A stretch of 64,000 bases of DNA from Blasia pusilla (lineage: Eukaryota). Positions 50,656 to 64,000 of the stretch are shown here, piece by piece. A model generated the notes under the pieces. That model did not search any database and was not told the DNA's origin. It saw only the letters and a program-made list of their open reading frames with translations. The stretch is from assembly GCA_050084515.1 (NCBI GenBank), contig CM114271.1:31372001-31436000 (forward strand), read 5' to 3'. The position numbers were made by a program, and so were the translations under genes. Every line of letters begins with the position of its first letter. The first letter of the stretch is position 1.

Positions 50656-53600
50656 CTTGCTCTTGTCTGCTCTAATTGAGAGGTGTTGGTACCAACATCA
50701 AAGAAGCATAGTTGGTAGCGTTTGGATCCATTGCATTGTCCATGCTACACGTACTGCAGGCCTACAAATTGTCAATAGGATCATATCAACCTCTTTCACG
50801 AGACGACCCTAGTGTAGTCCTGGGGTGAGTTCTCCCACGTTGCCCCTTGCTCTCCATCGTAGTAGTTCATCCATTTCTTTTTGTCGTCTTGCCATGATGG
50901 ATTCATATGCCCTCCTCCATTGCTCCGTATGGTCTACCATTATAGCTCATTGTCTTATGTGGAGCTCATGTCTGGCAATTGATCCATTCACGATCCTCTC
51001 CATCTCTCTCTTTAGTCTCTCGTGCTCCTCACATAATTCTTGGTGTTTCCCCTTCAAAGCTGAGATATAACCTCGATATATCTCGTCTATCACCTAAGAA
51101 TAGCGCCGCTATCTAGAAGGCGATCAAAAATCTCTCTAGGCCCATCAAATCTCATATTACCACCTACAATATTGAGGTCATTCAAAATACCTCTTAGGTC
51201 CTCAAAAGTCTCCTCCTCCAACTGAACTCGCCCTTCATTTTCATTTTCGTGATGTATCTCCTCTTGAGTTCGCGAATTTCTTCATTGCCCATCCAAATAA
51301 GATAGTAGGCCTCTAAGGCTTCTTGACAATCCACCACGCTGGTCTTGGCCAAATGACTCGTTTTGGTAAAAGTGCTCCTTGCTATCCTCCATCGGGCCGA
51401 GAAGATAATGGTTGATGTTCATATCGTGGGTATAGGCCTATATTTCCAATTTTGGTGGACTATGAATCCATAGTCTTTTTTATTCCATTGGTGGGGATAT
51501 TTCATCTTGTGCACTCGGTCTCTTATCTCTTCTCAAATACCTATCCTCCACATCACTATAATGAACCTCCATGCCCTTTCATCAACTTGAGGACTTTGAG
51601 CTTGACAAATACCTTGCTCACTAACTTGTGTTTTCTTGTTCACCTTCGTGGACGTTGGCCATCTCAATGTATTGTGGGATTCTTCCATTCTTTCTTCACC
51701 CTTTGCGTCAAGAGGACTATAGTCTTCATGAGGAAATAACTTCATCTCCAACTTGTCTTCTACCAAATTCCGAAAAAAAAAGGTTGTTACAAACAAAATT
51801 CAATAGTAGTGACATAATGACACATAATACATCCATGGAGCATACATCTATGATCATTTACAATCATTCAGAGTCACACATTCATATTTTTCAATCATTT
51901 CTTATATTTCTCGTGAAAAATATACAATCCTCAAAAAAATTACAATCACACTATGTTCCTTAATCATCACTCAACGAGCACATTGAGATGGTCTAAATCC
52001 GGAATCTATATCGTCTAAACCTTTTTTTTTGCATTTGCTCTCATTTATGCAATAAGATAGTCTAGGCTTTTATAATCAGAGAGGTTCAGAGCTAATGCCT
52101 ACTTTTGAGCCCTTTTCAAAGAATTCCATTTAACATTCGCGTAGGCATCCCTCAAAGTAAGGTTGTATCTTACATAATTCATTTTTTCACAATCATTCAT
52201 AGGGCATAGATTTGTGTGGCTATGCTAAAAGGAAGATTCTTAGGCCCTACTGTTAACTCCGATGCTATATACCCAACATGCTTGTTTTGTTCATGGGGCC
52301 ACCATCTCTGAGCCAAGACTAAGCACTCATCCTCCCATAAAGCATTTCCCCAATCTCTAACCCTGATGTATGGCTCAAAGTTGGATCCAAAATGGTGAAA
52401 AAGCATGAAGGTTGGTATGAAAAACTCCATGCTTGTGGGTTGTCTTGTTAGTAACTTACAAGGAAACCACATGCTAGATCACATTTGATGCCATTGCGAG
52501 ACATCTAATTTTGTGCAACTCTCCTAAGATTTCCCCTATGTTCTTCAAGGTATGGCATGCTTACATGGCATTTCCAAGATACCAAATATTTCATGAATAG
52601 ATGGTACGCGGTACGTGGATTCTTGATCTATCTTCCCACCATGGGAACCATCCCTTGATGTAAAATAGTTGTAAATATCTCCTCACGCATCATTGATTGT
52701 CTTGAATACAACTAAGATGCTTCCTTGAACACCTTCATGCAATAGTAAACATCGTCACTAAAGCCAAGGGTTTTGTTTATTTTACACTGATACACAATTC
52801 TGTGTAAACATGACCCCAGACAAAGTATCCTCAAGATCATGTCCTACTTTTATATCTTTGAAAAAATCCACATACATCCAAGTGGAACGACCAATGTCTT
52901 CCCTACGAGAGAATTAACACCCTTTAAAATAAGTTGAGTATTTTTTAAATCTACACTAAATCTCTCTAGTAGGGTTGTCTCTACAATGATCAGCTTCTCC
53001 TTCTCGTATGTCTTGAGATCGACATACACTCTCTCCAAGTTAACACCTTGTTGGACACAAAATGCACTTAACCTCTTGGCCTCTTTGACATCGACTTCCT
53101 AGTTCCATCCCTTCTAAACTCTCATAGAAAATCTATGGAATTCCAAGGAGTAGTCTTGGAAACCGTCTATATCCCTCAAAATGTAGGATCGTCTCTTCTC
53201 TAATGTAAGTTGGAAAAACCAATCTAGCCATGCCTCTTTCATACCCATGTTAAAGTCATTCCTAGAATTGACTCTTTGCCCCTTGGCACCATCACTACAC
53301 TCCATTCAATTATCTTCTACTCTCGATGATTGAGCCATACTAAACATGTAGCTCAGAGGAATAAGATAGGAAGATTTCCTCCTAAACCAACGAAAGAAAT
53401 CTAAAGGTGGAGATTATGAAGTATCAAAAGTTTTAGAACTTATGATGTTATAAAAATGGCTTGTTCAATGTATATAAGTGTGAATGATGAAATAAGGGAT
53501 TTAGGTTTAGGGTTTAGCACTTAAAGGGAATACATGATCGCTCAATTAAGTTTTCTTGATCACCTCCACATCCTTGATGTGTTAAGGAAAGGCAATGAAA

Positions 53601-53989
53601 AAAAATATAAACTCAAGACCGTTAACCAAAAATCTCAAAATTACCAAAAAAGTTCAATGACACAAGAGAATTCCACACTCATAGCCTCTCACCTAATGTG
53701 GAATAAATTAGAGTTGGTTTAAGACACAACACGCTCAAGGAGTGTAAATATCCAAGTTGGTCACCGAAAATCTAACTATCCCCAAAGGCATGCAACGGAT
53801 ATCCCCACAATTCCTAGCAACCTTGAAAGTCCTTAACTCTCAAGGCAACAATGAAATTTGGGACCTAATCCAAAACTAATCCTACTCTCAAAAGAAAATG
53901 AGTAAAGATATGGAAAATAGAGAGAAAATGTTAGTAACTTAGTCCCTAATCACCCACTTATGATCGGTTTAGGCCCCAATTGTAGACCC

Positions 53990-54390
53990 TTTGGTGACAC
54001 TCGATCCAGGTTGTTTTGGGAGATGATGAGGATTTTCCAACACTTGCAAGAGTATCAATCCCGTTCTGGAGCATACACTCTAGAGATTATGCCTATTTTG
54101 GGCGATTGGCGGTCCCTTGTGGTGATGAGTGCACGTCAGCTATGCGCATGGATTGGCCCGACAATGTTTTTGGATGCGGCGAGTGTAGGTTCACAAGCAC
54201 ATTGGCTGCATCTATGGTGGACCAACTTTGTGCCACATAAGATGTTGCGGAGGCATATGCTCGAGTGGAGCGCCCCTCCCATTTTTTGTGGATTCCATTC
54301 TCGATCCGAGTCGATCACATGCAATGAGGCATGATGATCAACCGCCGTTGATTATGGTCAACAAGGTTGGCTTGCCATCGGCAACCTTTG
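53990..54390 (+). pseudogene. DNMT3-like C5 methyltransferase central fragment (post-motif IV, VI, VIII)
   Basis: GDTRSRLFWEMMRIFQHL ... YTLEIM (decayed ENV) ... IGPTMFLDAASVGSQAHWLHLWWTN, comparable to DNMT3 GRLFFEFYRLL ... FENV ... [21 protein letters not shown]. Confidence 0.8.
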
Positions 54391-55262
54391 GAGGACGACT
54401 ATAAAATAGCCATGTGGCGAGCTAGGATTTTAGGATTGGACGTACACAGACTTGACGCGGGCCTTGAACCTCCGCGCATGCTAGGCACGAGCCTCTTGTG
54501 GGCTTGTCGTGATTAATCGGGATCATCCGGCATGCAAGTCATGTTTGGGCCCAACTTGTCCACGATGCAAGAGCCAACATGCTCGACATGGGCTAGAAAT
54601 CAGGCAACAAATTGGGCATCGGGTTTTTGGAAAGAGATGGGGGGCTACCCGAGCAAGGGCGTAATGTTTGGTTGGCGTAGGATCACATGCGGACCGCGGG
54701 TACCCGGGCCCAATCCCCCTCAAACATGTTCGCGGACACAAACATTGTCCGTATATAACCTTGATTGGAAGATATGGTGGACCTCCATCACCATATCCTA
54801 GTGAGGCATGGCCTCCTAGTGGGATATAAATGGAATCCCACACGCGGTGGGTGGTTCTCCTTTGGACCATCGCCTCAAGGCAATGGTTCTTGGCCTTATC
54901 CAGTGGGAGAAAAACATAAGTGGGCCTCTAGTAGTGTCTCCTCACAATCCCTATGGGCTTCCTTTGTAAGTATCTCATGTGGACGTATTTATGAGATTCT
55001 ATTGGAGAAATAAGAACGACTTGGAAAATATATTATGGTGATGGAAAGCTTTCATTATTCAACTATCCATTACATCGTGAACTAGTTTGTAAATTATATA
55101 TGAACAGGGTGGATGAATAGAAGGACAAGATACATTTCATATAGGTCAAACCTCTTGTCATTATAAAGTTGGGGATGAGGTACCTCCGAGTGCAAATTAG
55201 TCTTGTCCATCACCATGCATAACTTAGAGTCTGAAAGATGGGGTACTACCTGTTGGTAACAA

Positions 55263-55403
<141 letters not shown>

Positions 55404-55655
55404 AGAAGAACGAGCAAAAGTATCTCCCTGTATAAATTTGTGAACCAAAATCAACTAATCTATCTAAGATTTGAGCATGTACACAATCAAGATGTTAATT
55501 TATGTCACTATTTTCTAATCAGAGCTTCACCATGATATGACTTCACTTATTATCAAAAATTACACATATTTCATTATTTATTTATTTCCAAGCAAAGATA
55601 AATTTTGGTTCAATTCACTTCAAAATTTTGGAAGCTCCTTCAACACTAGTACAAA

Positions 55656-55830
55656 TCTATATTATTTATTGGAGGGTACCTTCTTGATTTTCAAGCACAT
55701 GTATGCTTGACATGTGGCAATTGGGCAATAAGAAAATATTTCTCAAACTACGTGCAATAATCAAAATAATAATAGTTTGTTTCATGAATAAGTCCCTTCA
55801 CTCATGTGCATGGCACGCGTTGTATACTAG
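55656..55830 (+). mobile_element. Mini-Helitron copy
   Basis: A|TCTATATTATT...atgtgcatggcacgcg hairpin...CTAG|T, homologous to the 43524 unit. Confidence 0.75.
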
Positions 55831-57119
55831 TTTGCATTAAAAAAGTGTACCAGCTTGCAGATTTCCTTGCACTTAACTAAAACTAGCATTTAGCATATAC
55901 ACAACGAGGATGTCTATTTCTAACTCTTTTGACTAATCAAGTACAAAGAATGAGTTCACTGAGGTTTTATAATTTGCATGGATATCCACAAAGAGAGGGG
56001 AGTCAATAAATCTCCTATTGTGTTAGCGCATGTAAAGGGGTTTTCCTTTTTGTATTCCTATTGTAAGTATTTGGTAGAAAGATTAAGTAATACTTGTCTC
56101 TTTCAATGTTGTGGATGTATGAGCTAAATTGCATTGTATATTTGGTTGCAAAATGAATCACTTGCAATGTATCTCCTCTGTAGCTGCGGTGGTAGTGGAC
56201 ATAGAGATCTTGCAAAAGATCAAGAATAAGAGGAAGTCGATTAGTGAGGTGAGTTATTCCCTTGCCATGCCTTCGACCGTGAACTATAAAGTGTAGGCCC
56301 CATCTCTTACAATCCATGTCTGTGGACATGTCGAAACTTGTCCGTCCATGTTTGTCCCAGGGACAAACTTGTCAATTTGTTTTTGCAACTGTGAGTTTCA
56401 GGTTTGAGCGGTCGAGGCAAGTTTCATGGGAAAGAGATTGCTCTTGGGATAGTAAGGGTGGACCTTAGGGATACCATCCATCATGAGTACCAATTATGGG
56501 AGCCAAATACAAATGATGATCCTCCCCACTACACTTTTCGAGATGCAGATGGATTTGCGATCATTTGGCGAGAGTTGAACTTAAAGAAAGTAGTTCATTA
56601 GTGCATATTTTACATTCAATAACTTTTGTCTTCTTGTTGTTCTCCATGTTTGCCAAACTTCAACTTATGAAATGTTCTAAAACTCTTGTTTGATTAGGAA
56701 GCAAATGTTATGAATTTTTCTTCTTGTCTCTATAAATACATTCATATGTTTTTTTGAATTGTTCTCCAATATTGACCAAAGTAGCCATATCCCAAAAATG
56801 GGCTTGAGTGCAAGTTACATGTTCGAGTAGATATGAGAACCTAATGCCTTACACTTCAAAGTGCATTTCACCTTAGTGTGAGCTTTTCTCCTAATGTTTT
56901 GTGATTTATTTGGATGGAGAGTATGAATTAATGAATGTACTCTTAAAGAAAAAAATGTACGTAACTCTTTAAGTCATTCAAAGCATTATTCAAGTTAGCT
57001 ATCCTACCACCTCAGTTATTCTCACGACCATGAGAGTCAAATATCGTATGCATGTAGTTGCGAATTTCAACTCTTATGACCATATATATGACTATCCAAT
57101 GAGATCTATATAAGTGTAT

Positions 57120-57310
57120 GATTGAAGCAGTCATATTCATGTCCATGACTACGAAAGTTACGGAAATGATTGACAGAGTTATGCACATGATTGACAGAGG
57201 TATACTTGTGACTACTAGAGTCATGCATATGACTAATATAGTTATGCATATGACTACCATAATTATGCATATAACTAAAAGAGTTATACGTATGACTTTA
57301 CAACTTACGA
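57120..57310. repeat. Degenerate 21-bp minisatellite
   Basis: Variants of gagttatgcatatgactac repeated about 9 times. Confidence 0.7.
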
Positions 57311-59699
57311 ATATAATCAGCTAGAAACAAATATTAGAAAAGTACACTTTTGGAATAATTCCTCGTCTGCACATATGAATTAGTCATTTACTCCACGTGG
57401 TATATAGTAATTTGAAAAATCCACTTGGAAATTTGTAGGTTTTCATGAGAATTCTCGTAATCATATGACATAGAATATAGGATAGAGTCATTTAATCCAA
57501 ATGAAAAATATGCATGGAGTCATGTGTAGGTTGTCACGTCTTTTAGGATAGATCGGCGAGATCTAGTAGAGTGCCTTCAGAGATACTGGAGGGCAGCCTC
57601 TGGAGGTTGAGGATGACTTGCTCACGCCATGGGTAACTTGAGAGAGTCCGTTTCACCTTCGTTTCGGCTCATTTGGAGCCATATATAGAAACTCATTATT
57701 TTAGGCAAGTTGCCATTTAGATTATAATTGACTGTCTACTTTGGGAAGTGAGCCAAGGAGGTGACCTGCGAGCATAGATTACCAATGAGAGAGCTTGGGA
57801 GAGGGAAGGGGGTATACCTCCAAGAGAGAGAGTTTGAGAGTTCATTCTCTTTTTGTTGAACCTCTTGGCATGAGGCAGTAGAGCTATGGTCCTTCTTTCC
57901 TTGTGTGTGTAACCCAAGCCTCTCACTAGGAGAGTGGGTTTGGTTTGACATGAGAGAGAGTGCACACCAAGGAGATCTTGGTGTGAGATGTTGAGAGAGA
58001 TATGATCGATTTTCCGAAGAGAGAATGAGAGAGCTTCAATGGAGGAGCTCGCTGGTCACTCGCTATTTTCGCAGGTTGGGGACTATGTTCCCTATTCAGC
58101 GGCTCATGGGAGTGCTCATCGGAGCAAGAGCTGCTTGATTTTTCTGCTTTCTTTGCCATTTTTTCGTACAAGAAAGTGGAGCGCGGAAGCGTTGCCCAAT
58201 TTGTGTTAGAAATTGAGTATGGGGGCGGTTTGCCCCATGCTAGTGCTCTCGAGGATACCTTGTAGCTTGCTTGTTCATGTGTTTATAGGTTTGAAGTTTT
58301 TTTTTGGAGAAATCAACGCGGAAGCGGTGCCAAATTTTTCGTAGGAGTGCAGATTGAAGGGATGCATGACAGTCCCTATCACTTTCTATTGGAAGGTTGA
58401 ATGGAGAAACCAATTTGAGGAGGTCGTGTATTGGAAAGCTGTGTACGTTGTGGAAGAAAGGATGCAAATTAAATTTTTTGAGCAGGAAATTACGATTATT
58501 TTTGTGTGGCTGCCATAACCACCATTCCAAGGTGTGAGTGAAATTTCCAAAATCCTTGGGTAGAAATCTTTTTGAGGGGTAGAAAAGTAAAAAAAAATTA
58601 TGATTGAGTGGATAGGACAAGGAAAAATGTGTTTGGGAGTAGAAGTTGAGTGAATTTTTTTTTCTTGGGGGAGTTGATCCACCACTTGTGGAGTTAGTGG
58701 GCAAATGTCGGTGTAGATCCGGATTTTAGGGGGATGTTTTAGTAAAATCCCACCAAAAAAAAACCAAATGGGGGACGGACGTCCGCCATCTGCCAGAGTA
58801 CGGGGTCACTACGTGGCGCCACGTCCCGGTGCCGTCCGCGCTCTGACCACGTCGCGGGACTGCCCCATTGCGCCATTGGCCTTTCCCGTGAGCCTGTAGT
58901 TTGTAGTCGGCCGCTGGTTGATGCAGTTCCCGTCGCTGAACTTTGGGTCCAATTGCCCTTGCCGCGACACCAACCTGATTTTCCGCCAAATCTTCGCCCA
59001 ATGTTGCTGCCAGCCCTGCCAACTCCCGCCGTCAGCGCTCCCGCGGCCGCCTGGTCTGGCCGCATTACCAGCGCGGAGCCTTTTGTAGGCTGCCGCCGAC
59101 TCCTCTTGCGTCGTTGCTGCAGGCCCTGCATCGCCGCGACTACTGTAGTTGCCACGCCTTGGGCGCCGCTTGACCGTTTCCTGCCTCTTACTTGTTGCGT
59201 TAGCCTCACGATAGTCCGAGAGATCATAGGTGTTATTGCTGCCTCGTGGGCCGTGTCTGAGTGACGGCTCGTAATCGGGATCGTCTCTAGTAATGCCCGT
59301 GCTAAAACTTGCCGGCGGCGGCACTACTCACGGTCGGCACCAGATATCCGAAGATGGATATCCCATTTTATGTGGATGGCAGGGTCTCATACACATGTAA
59401 ATGGCATGCGGATGGTGAGTGCATGCCATCGCACCGTGTCAGATTTGAAATTCAAATGTAGTACGCTATAAATCAGCAGCAAGACTGGGCTGGGCAAATC
59501 TCATTCCAGCCTTCCACGCTGGAAACCATGTGAGGGAGTGATGTTGCAACGGTGGCGCATTGGAGAGGTAGTGACCCCGCCTGCCCTAAGGGATTTTGTC
59601 TGCAATTCTTTCGTTGAGGCCTGAGGGAGCTTGTTTGCAATTCATTTGTCGTCATGTTGCCTCAACCTGCTCCGTATTTGCTTTTTCAATCTACTTTGG

Positions 59700-62460
59700 T
59701 CCAACAGGCGCTGATTTCTGAACGTTTTGGCTTCTTCATCGTTCATGCTCCTGTTAGCTCTGTATTGTTGATCCTGCTTCGTTCGTGGTCCTATTCCTTA
59801 TTGGCTTGAGTGGGATTGTTCGTATTGGCTTCAAATGTATTGTTGAATCTCCTGTATCCGTCCGTGAAGGTGAGGTTTGTGTACATTTTATGAACATGAG
59901 AACAAGAGGAAGGGTTCAATCATTGCGCAGGTGTATTAGGTACCTCCTGTGATAAACCCACGAAGATTTTGGCCCGATGTTGACATCCGCGTCTCCAATA
60001 CTTACTGCGAGTTTGGAATGCCTTCCATAAGCACATTTGGCAGCGCACGAATTTAGGGTCAATTTGCGTGCATATCTTAAGGGGATTTGGAGCAACTGTT
60101 TTATTCATCCGATTCTCGTCCAAGTGTAATAGGTTCCGTGCATTAGCATATTATTTAGAGATGTAGCCATTGGTGTTTTCTTTTCTATTATGCATGTTCA
60201 TCGGTCAAATTCGAAATGCCACTTCTTCGTTCATGGTCATGTTGGCTCTGTATTGCTGATCCTGCTTCCTTCCGTTCATGGTCCTATTCCTTCTTGGCAT
60301 GAGTGGGATTGCTTCGTATTGGCTTCAAATGTATTGTTGAATCTCCTCTTTCTGTCTCAACGTGAAGGTAAGGTTTGTGTACATTTTATGAACATGTTTG
60401 TCATTGCATAGACTGTATGAGGTGGGTAACTAGATGGGTTCAATCATTGCGCTGGTGTATTACGTACCTCCTGTGATAAACCCACGAAGATTTGCGGCCC
60501 GATGTTGACATCTACGGCTCCAATACTTACTGCAAGTCCGGAATGCCTCCCATAAGCACAATTGGCAACGCACGAATTTAGGGTCAATTTGCGTGCCTAT
60601 CTTAAGGGGATTGGAGCAGCAGTTCTATTGATCCGATACTGGTCCAAGTGTAATCGGTTGGGCGCGTCAGCATATTATTTAGAGATGTGGGCATTGGTGT
60701 TTGCTTTTGTAATATGCATGTTTAGGTCAAATTCGAAATGCCACTTCTTCATTTGAACATCACATCAAGAGGAACGCGTGTATGAACACGTTCACTTCTC
60801 CCCACCGATGTGTATGAACACGTTCATTAGACAATGTCGGAATGCTTGCGAGTATCCCATTAGACAATGTCGGAATGCTTTCCATGAAAATTTACAAGTA
60901 ATGGGTTCAATACATTTGTGAACATCAGATCAAGACGAACGTTCATTAGACAATGTCGGAATGTTTTCCATGAAAGTTTACAAGTAATGGGTTCAATACA
61001 TTTGTGAACATCAGATCAAGACGAACGTATGTATGAACACGTTCATTTCTCCCCACCGATGCGTATTACCCATGGACGGGTTCAATCATTGCACATGTGT
61101 ATAAGGTACCTCATGTGATAAACCCATGAAGATTTTTTTGGCCGGATGTTGACATCCGGGGCTCCAATACTTACTGCGAGTCCGGAATGCCTACCATAAG
61201 CACAATTGGCAGCATTTAATTTAGGGTCAATTGAGGCGCTGTTTGTTTTGACAGAGTTAGAATGCTTTCCATTTTCAAGGTTGGCATGCGATGGGCTTTT
61301 CTATTCATTGGGTGCCATTGTGCATGGTCTAGTCCATATTCATTCCTTCAACCTTGTGAATGTAATCATTATCCTGGTATGTCGTGGAGAGATTTTGGTT
61401 CATAGTTAATTTGAAGTGCAAAGCCTTGCGAGTATCCCATTAGACAATGTCGGAATGCTTTCCATGAAAGTTTACAAGTAATAGGTTCAATACATTTGTG
61501 AACATCAGATCAAGACGAACGTATGTATGAACACGTTCATTTCTCCCCACCGATGCGTATTACCCATAGACGGGTCCAATCATTGCACAGGTGTATAAGG
61601 TACCTCATGTAATAAACCCACGAAGATTTTTTTGGCCCGATGTTTTCATCTGAGGCTCCAATACTTACTGCGAGTCCGGAATGCCTTCCATAAGCACAAT
61701 TGGCAGCGCACGAATTTAGAGTCAATTTGCGTGCCTATCTTTAGGGGATTTGGAGCAATTGTTTTATTCATCCGATTCTCGTACAAGTGTAATAGGTTCC
61801 GCGCGTCAGCATATTATTTAGAGATGTGGCCATTAGTGTTTGTTTTTGTAATATGCATGTTCATCGGTCAAATTCAAAATGCCACTCCTTCATTTGTACT
61901 CTTTGTTCTCTATTGTCTCATGGATTCTACCGTGTACACATATTAGGTGTTGTAAGTAACTACTTGAAGCCATGGGAAGCCGTTGGTATGTGTTTGTTGA
62001 AAGCTGAGGCCGTGTTTGTTTTGACAGAGTTAGAATGCTTTCTATTTTCAAGGTTGGCATGCGATGGGCTTTTATATTCATTGGGTGTCATTGTGCATGG
62101 TCTAGTCCATATTCATTTCCTCAACCCTGTGAATGGAATCATTATCGTGGTATGTCGTGGTATGTCGTGGAGAGATTTCGGTTCATAGTTAATTTGAAGT
62201 GCAAAGCCTTAGGAGTATCCTATTAGACAATGTCGGAATGCTTTCCATGTAAATTTACAAGTCATGGGTTCAATACATTTGTGAATATCAGATTAAGACA
62301 AACGTTTTTATGAACATGTTGATCCCTCCCCACCGATGCGTATACAAGTCATGGGTTCAATACATTTGTGAACATCAGATCAAGACGAACATTTTTATGA
62401 ACATGTTGATCCCTCCCCACCGATGCGTATACAAGTCATGGGTTCAATAAATTTATCATG
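59700..62460. repeat. Complex mosaic tandem repeat built from shuffled modules
   Basis: Module A (gggttcaatcattgc...aaacccacgaagattt...ccataagcacaattggc) at ~59912, ~60436, ~61078 and ~61572. Module B (cattagacaatgtcggaatgctttccatg...gaacatcagatcaagacgaac) at ~60825, 60858, 60944, 61438 and 62221. Confidence 0.9.
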
Positions 62461-63628
62461 TTACTTTCGTTGTAAGCTGAGTTTTTTCATCACGGGAAGT
62501 TCAAGAGCCACTGTATAGGATCTCACCTTATGTTATCTGTTGAGTTGTTTGGGTTGGGTGTGGATGCCAAAAGTGACCATGTTGCGGGAGGTGTGCTTTT
62601 TGATCTATCGGAATTTGGGGCTATCATAATGCTTTCGATTTCATGAGAGAGGATTGTCTGAATGGTAGATTCTTATGCGTATTAAGCTATAATGTGTGAT
62701 GTTTGAATAAAATGATCTATATATATGTAACGTACAATTGAGTGAATATTGTAAATGTTATATATCATTTTTTATGAGAAGGCAAAGCCACTTTGGAAAG
62801 AATGTGTTGACAAACACATTCGTCCGGTATGATCAAGCAGGTTGAGATATATTATCTCAAATACTAGATTTTACTTGATATGTTCTCATAAGAAAGAGAA
62901 GCACTCACAAAAAATACAATGTCCGTGAATGAGGAGATAGCCCTCATATGACGACCATATGAGAAGGTTATTTTGAGTGAACAATCACTTAGATAGATGG
63001 AATGTATTCCTTGTGATGATGTAGATACTATTGAGGCAAATGTAATTTATTAGAAGTGGACTAGTTTATAATCAAACCATTTTCTATACACCACCAGTGT
63101 TGTTGATGAAGTCAAAATTGATCATCCTATTATTTGTTCTCTTGATAATTGCTTCAAATACATTCTAGACCTTGAAACTTGCTTTAACTGAGTAGTGGTG
63201 ATATTTTAACTTGTGTTGTTTATGTTGTGAATGAAGGGTACGTACTGAAGGCGTATGGCTCCAAGTGAATCAGTTGAAAAAAGTTTGGCTACAAAGTCCC
63301 CCTAGTCAGAATTAGAAGAGCTAGTATAGAGGAAGAGATAGAGCTAGAAAAAATTGAGGAAGTGGAATAAGAGTTAAAACAATTTGCAGAGGAAGTTGCC
63401 AAGTTCTACATCGAATGTGCAATTGATGAGGAAGAGGAGAAAGAGAGGCTAAAGCTCTAGCATGGTTTATGGAAAATCAGTGGGAAGAACAACTTTCCAG
63501 ATACAAGAAGAAAATTGACGAGGAGGAGGAAAGGTGGCGGAATATTAAGGTTTGGTCGCCAAAATGAGGCATATTACAAGCAATTGTAGATTTTTTTCAG
63601 TGTAGTCTAGCAGAATGATGTAGTACGT

Positions 63629-64000
63629 TGTCGTATAGTAAAATCAACCAGTGTGTAAACTCCTTCGTCATTAAGTGTTAGATAGAGTTTCATTAGTATT
63701 AAGTAAATTGGCTTAGAAAAAGGAGATTCTTATGTTTAAACCTCTTTATGGTGCCTCTTTTATGCGGGCCCAACTTTAGGAAAAGGAGGTAATAAATAAA
63801 AGATGACTTTATAAAAGTAAAGTAGTTGCTTTAATGAAAAGCAAAAGTAGTCTTGGTTGGTGGCTAGGTTAGTTGGGGTAATTTGGAAAATATCATGTGG
63901 ATAAAAGAGGATATTTTGGAAGAGATAAGAGGAAATCTACTTGTGTCAAAATGTGATTGGCTAAGCCTTGAGAGGAAGCCATGTGACACAAGATAAGATA
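63629..64000 (+). mobile_element. Start of a second copy of the LTR-like repeat found at 45942-47213, in the opposite orientation and cut by the window end
   Basis: 63629-64000 aligns with the reverse complement of ~46833-47213 (tgtcgt.tagtaaaatca, ggtgcctcttttatg, cttgtgtcaaaatgtgattggctaagccttgagagga). Confidence 0.8.

Noticed and set aside
53497-53517. Telomere-like tttagggtttag
   Set aside because: Only about two imperfect units, too short to call interstitial telomeric DNA.
53960-54334. Functional host DNMT3/DRM gene
   Set aside because: It lacks motif I and the PCQ catalytic motif, ENV and motif VIII are decayed, there are no introns, and it sits in TE context.

Overview
Eukaryotic, transposon-dense genomic DNA. 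The host is probably a flagellated-sperm streptophyte such as a bryophyte (inferred from the ciliary gene plus plant-type TEs). Only one intact host gene is evident: a single long exon (32555-39316) encoding a ~2250-aa protein made of 72 SHIPPO/ODF3-type PGPGxY repeats with a hidden 6-repeat higher-order period. The rest is mostly decayed mobile DNA: a four-level nest (LINE > Ty3/Gypsy > CRE-like REL retrotransposon > hAT), a hAT MITE, an intron-containing Helitron RepHel whose Rep and helicase halves lie on opposite strands, tandem mini-Helitron arrays, a second Gypsy pol region, solo LTRs and satellites. The main finding is a set of three remnants of a DNMT3-like C5 cytosine methyltransferase. 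Motif I lies just after a Gypsy protease (~17.3 kb), motifs IX-X lie just before a Gypsy RT (~50.5 kb), and post-IV to VIII lie nearby on the opposite strand (~54 kb). Together they imply a Gypsy family with the layout gag-PR-DNMT-RT-RH-INT. All translations were made by eye, and boundaries of degraded elements are approximate.
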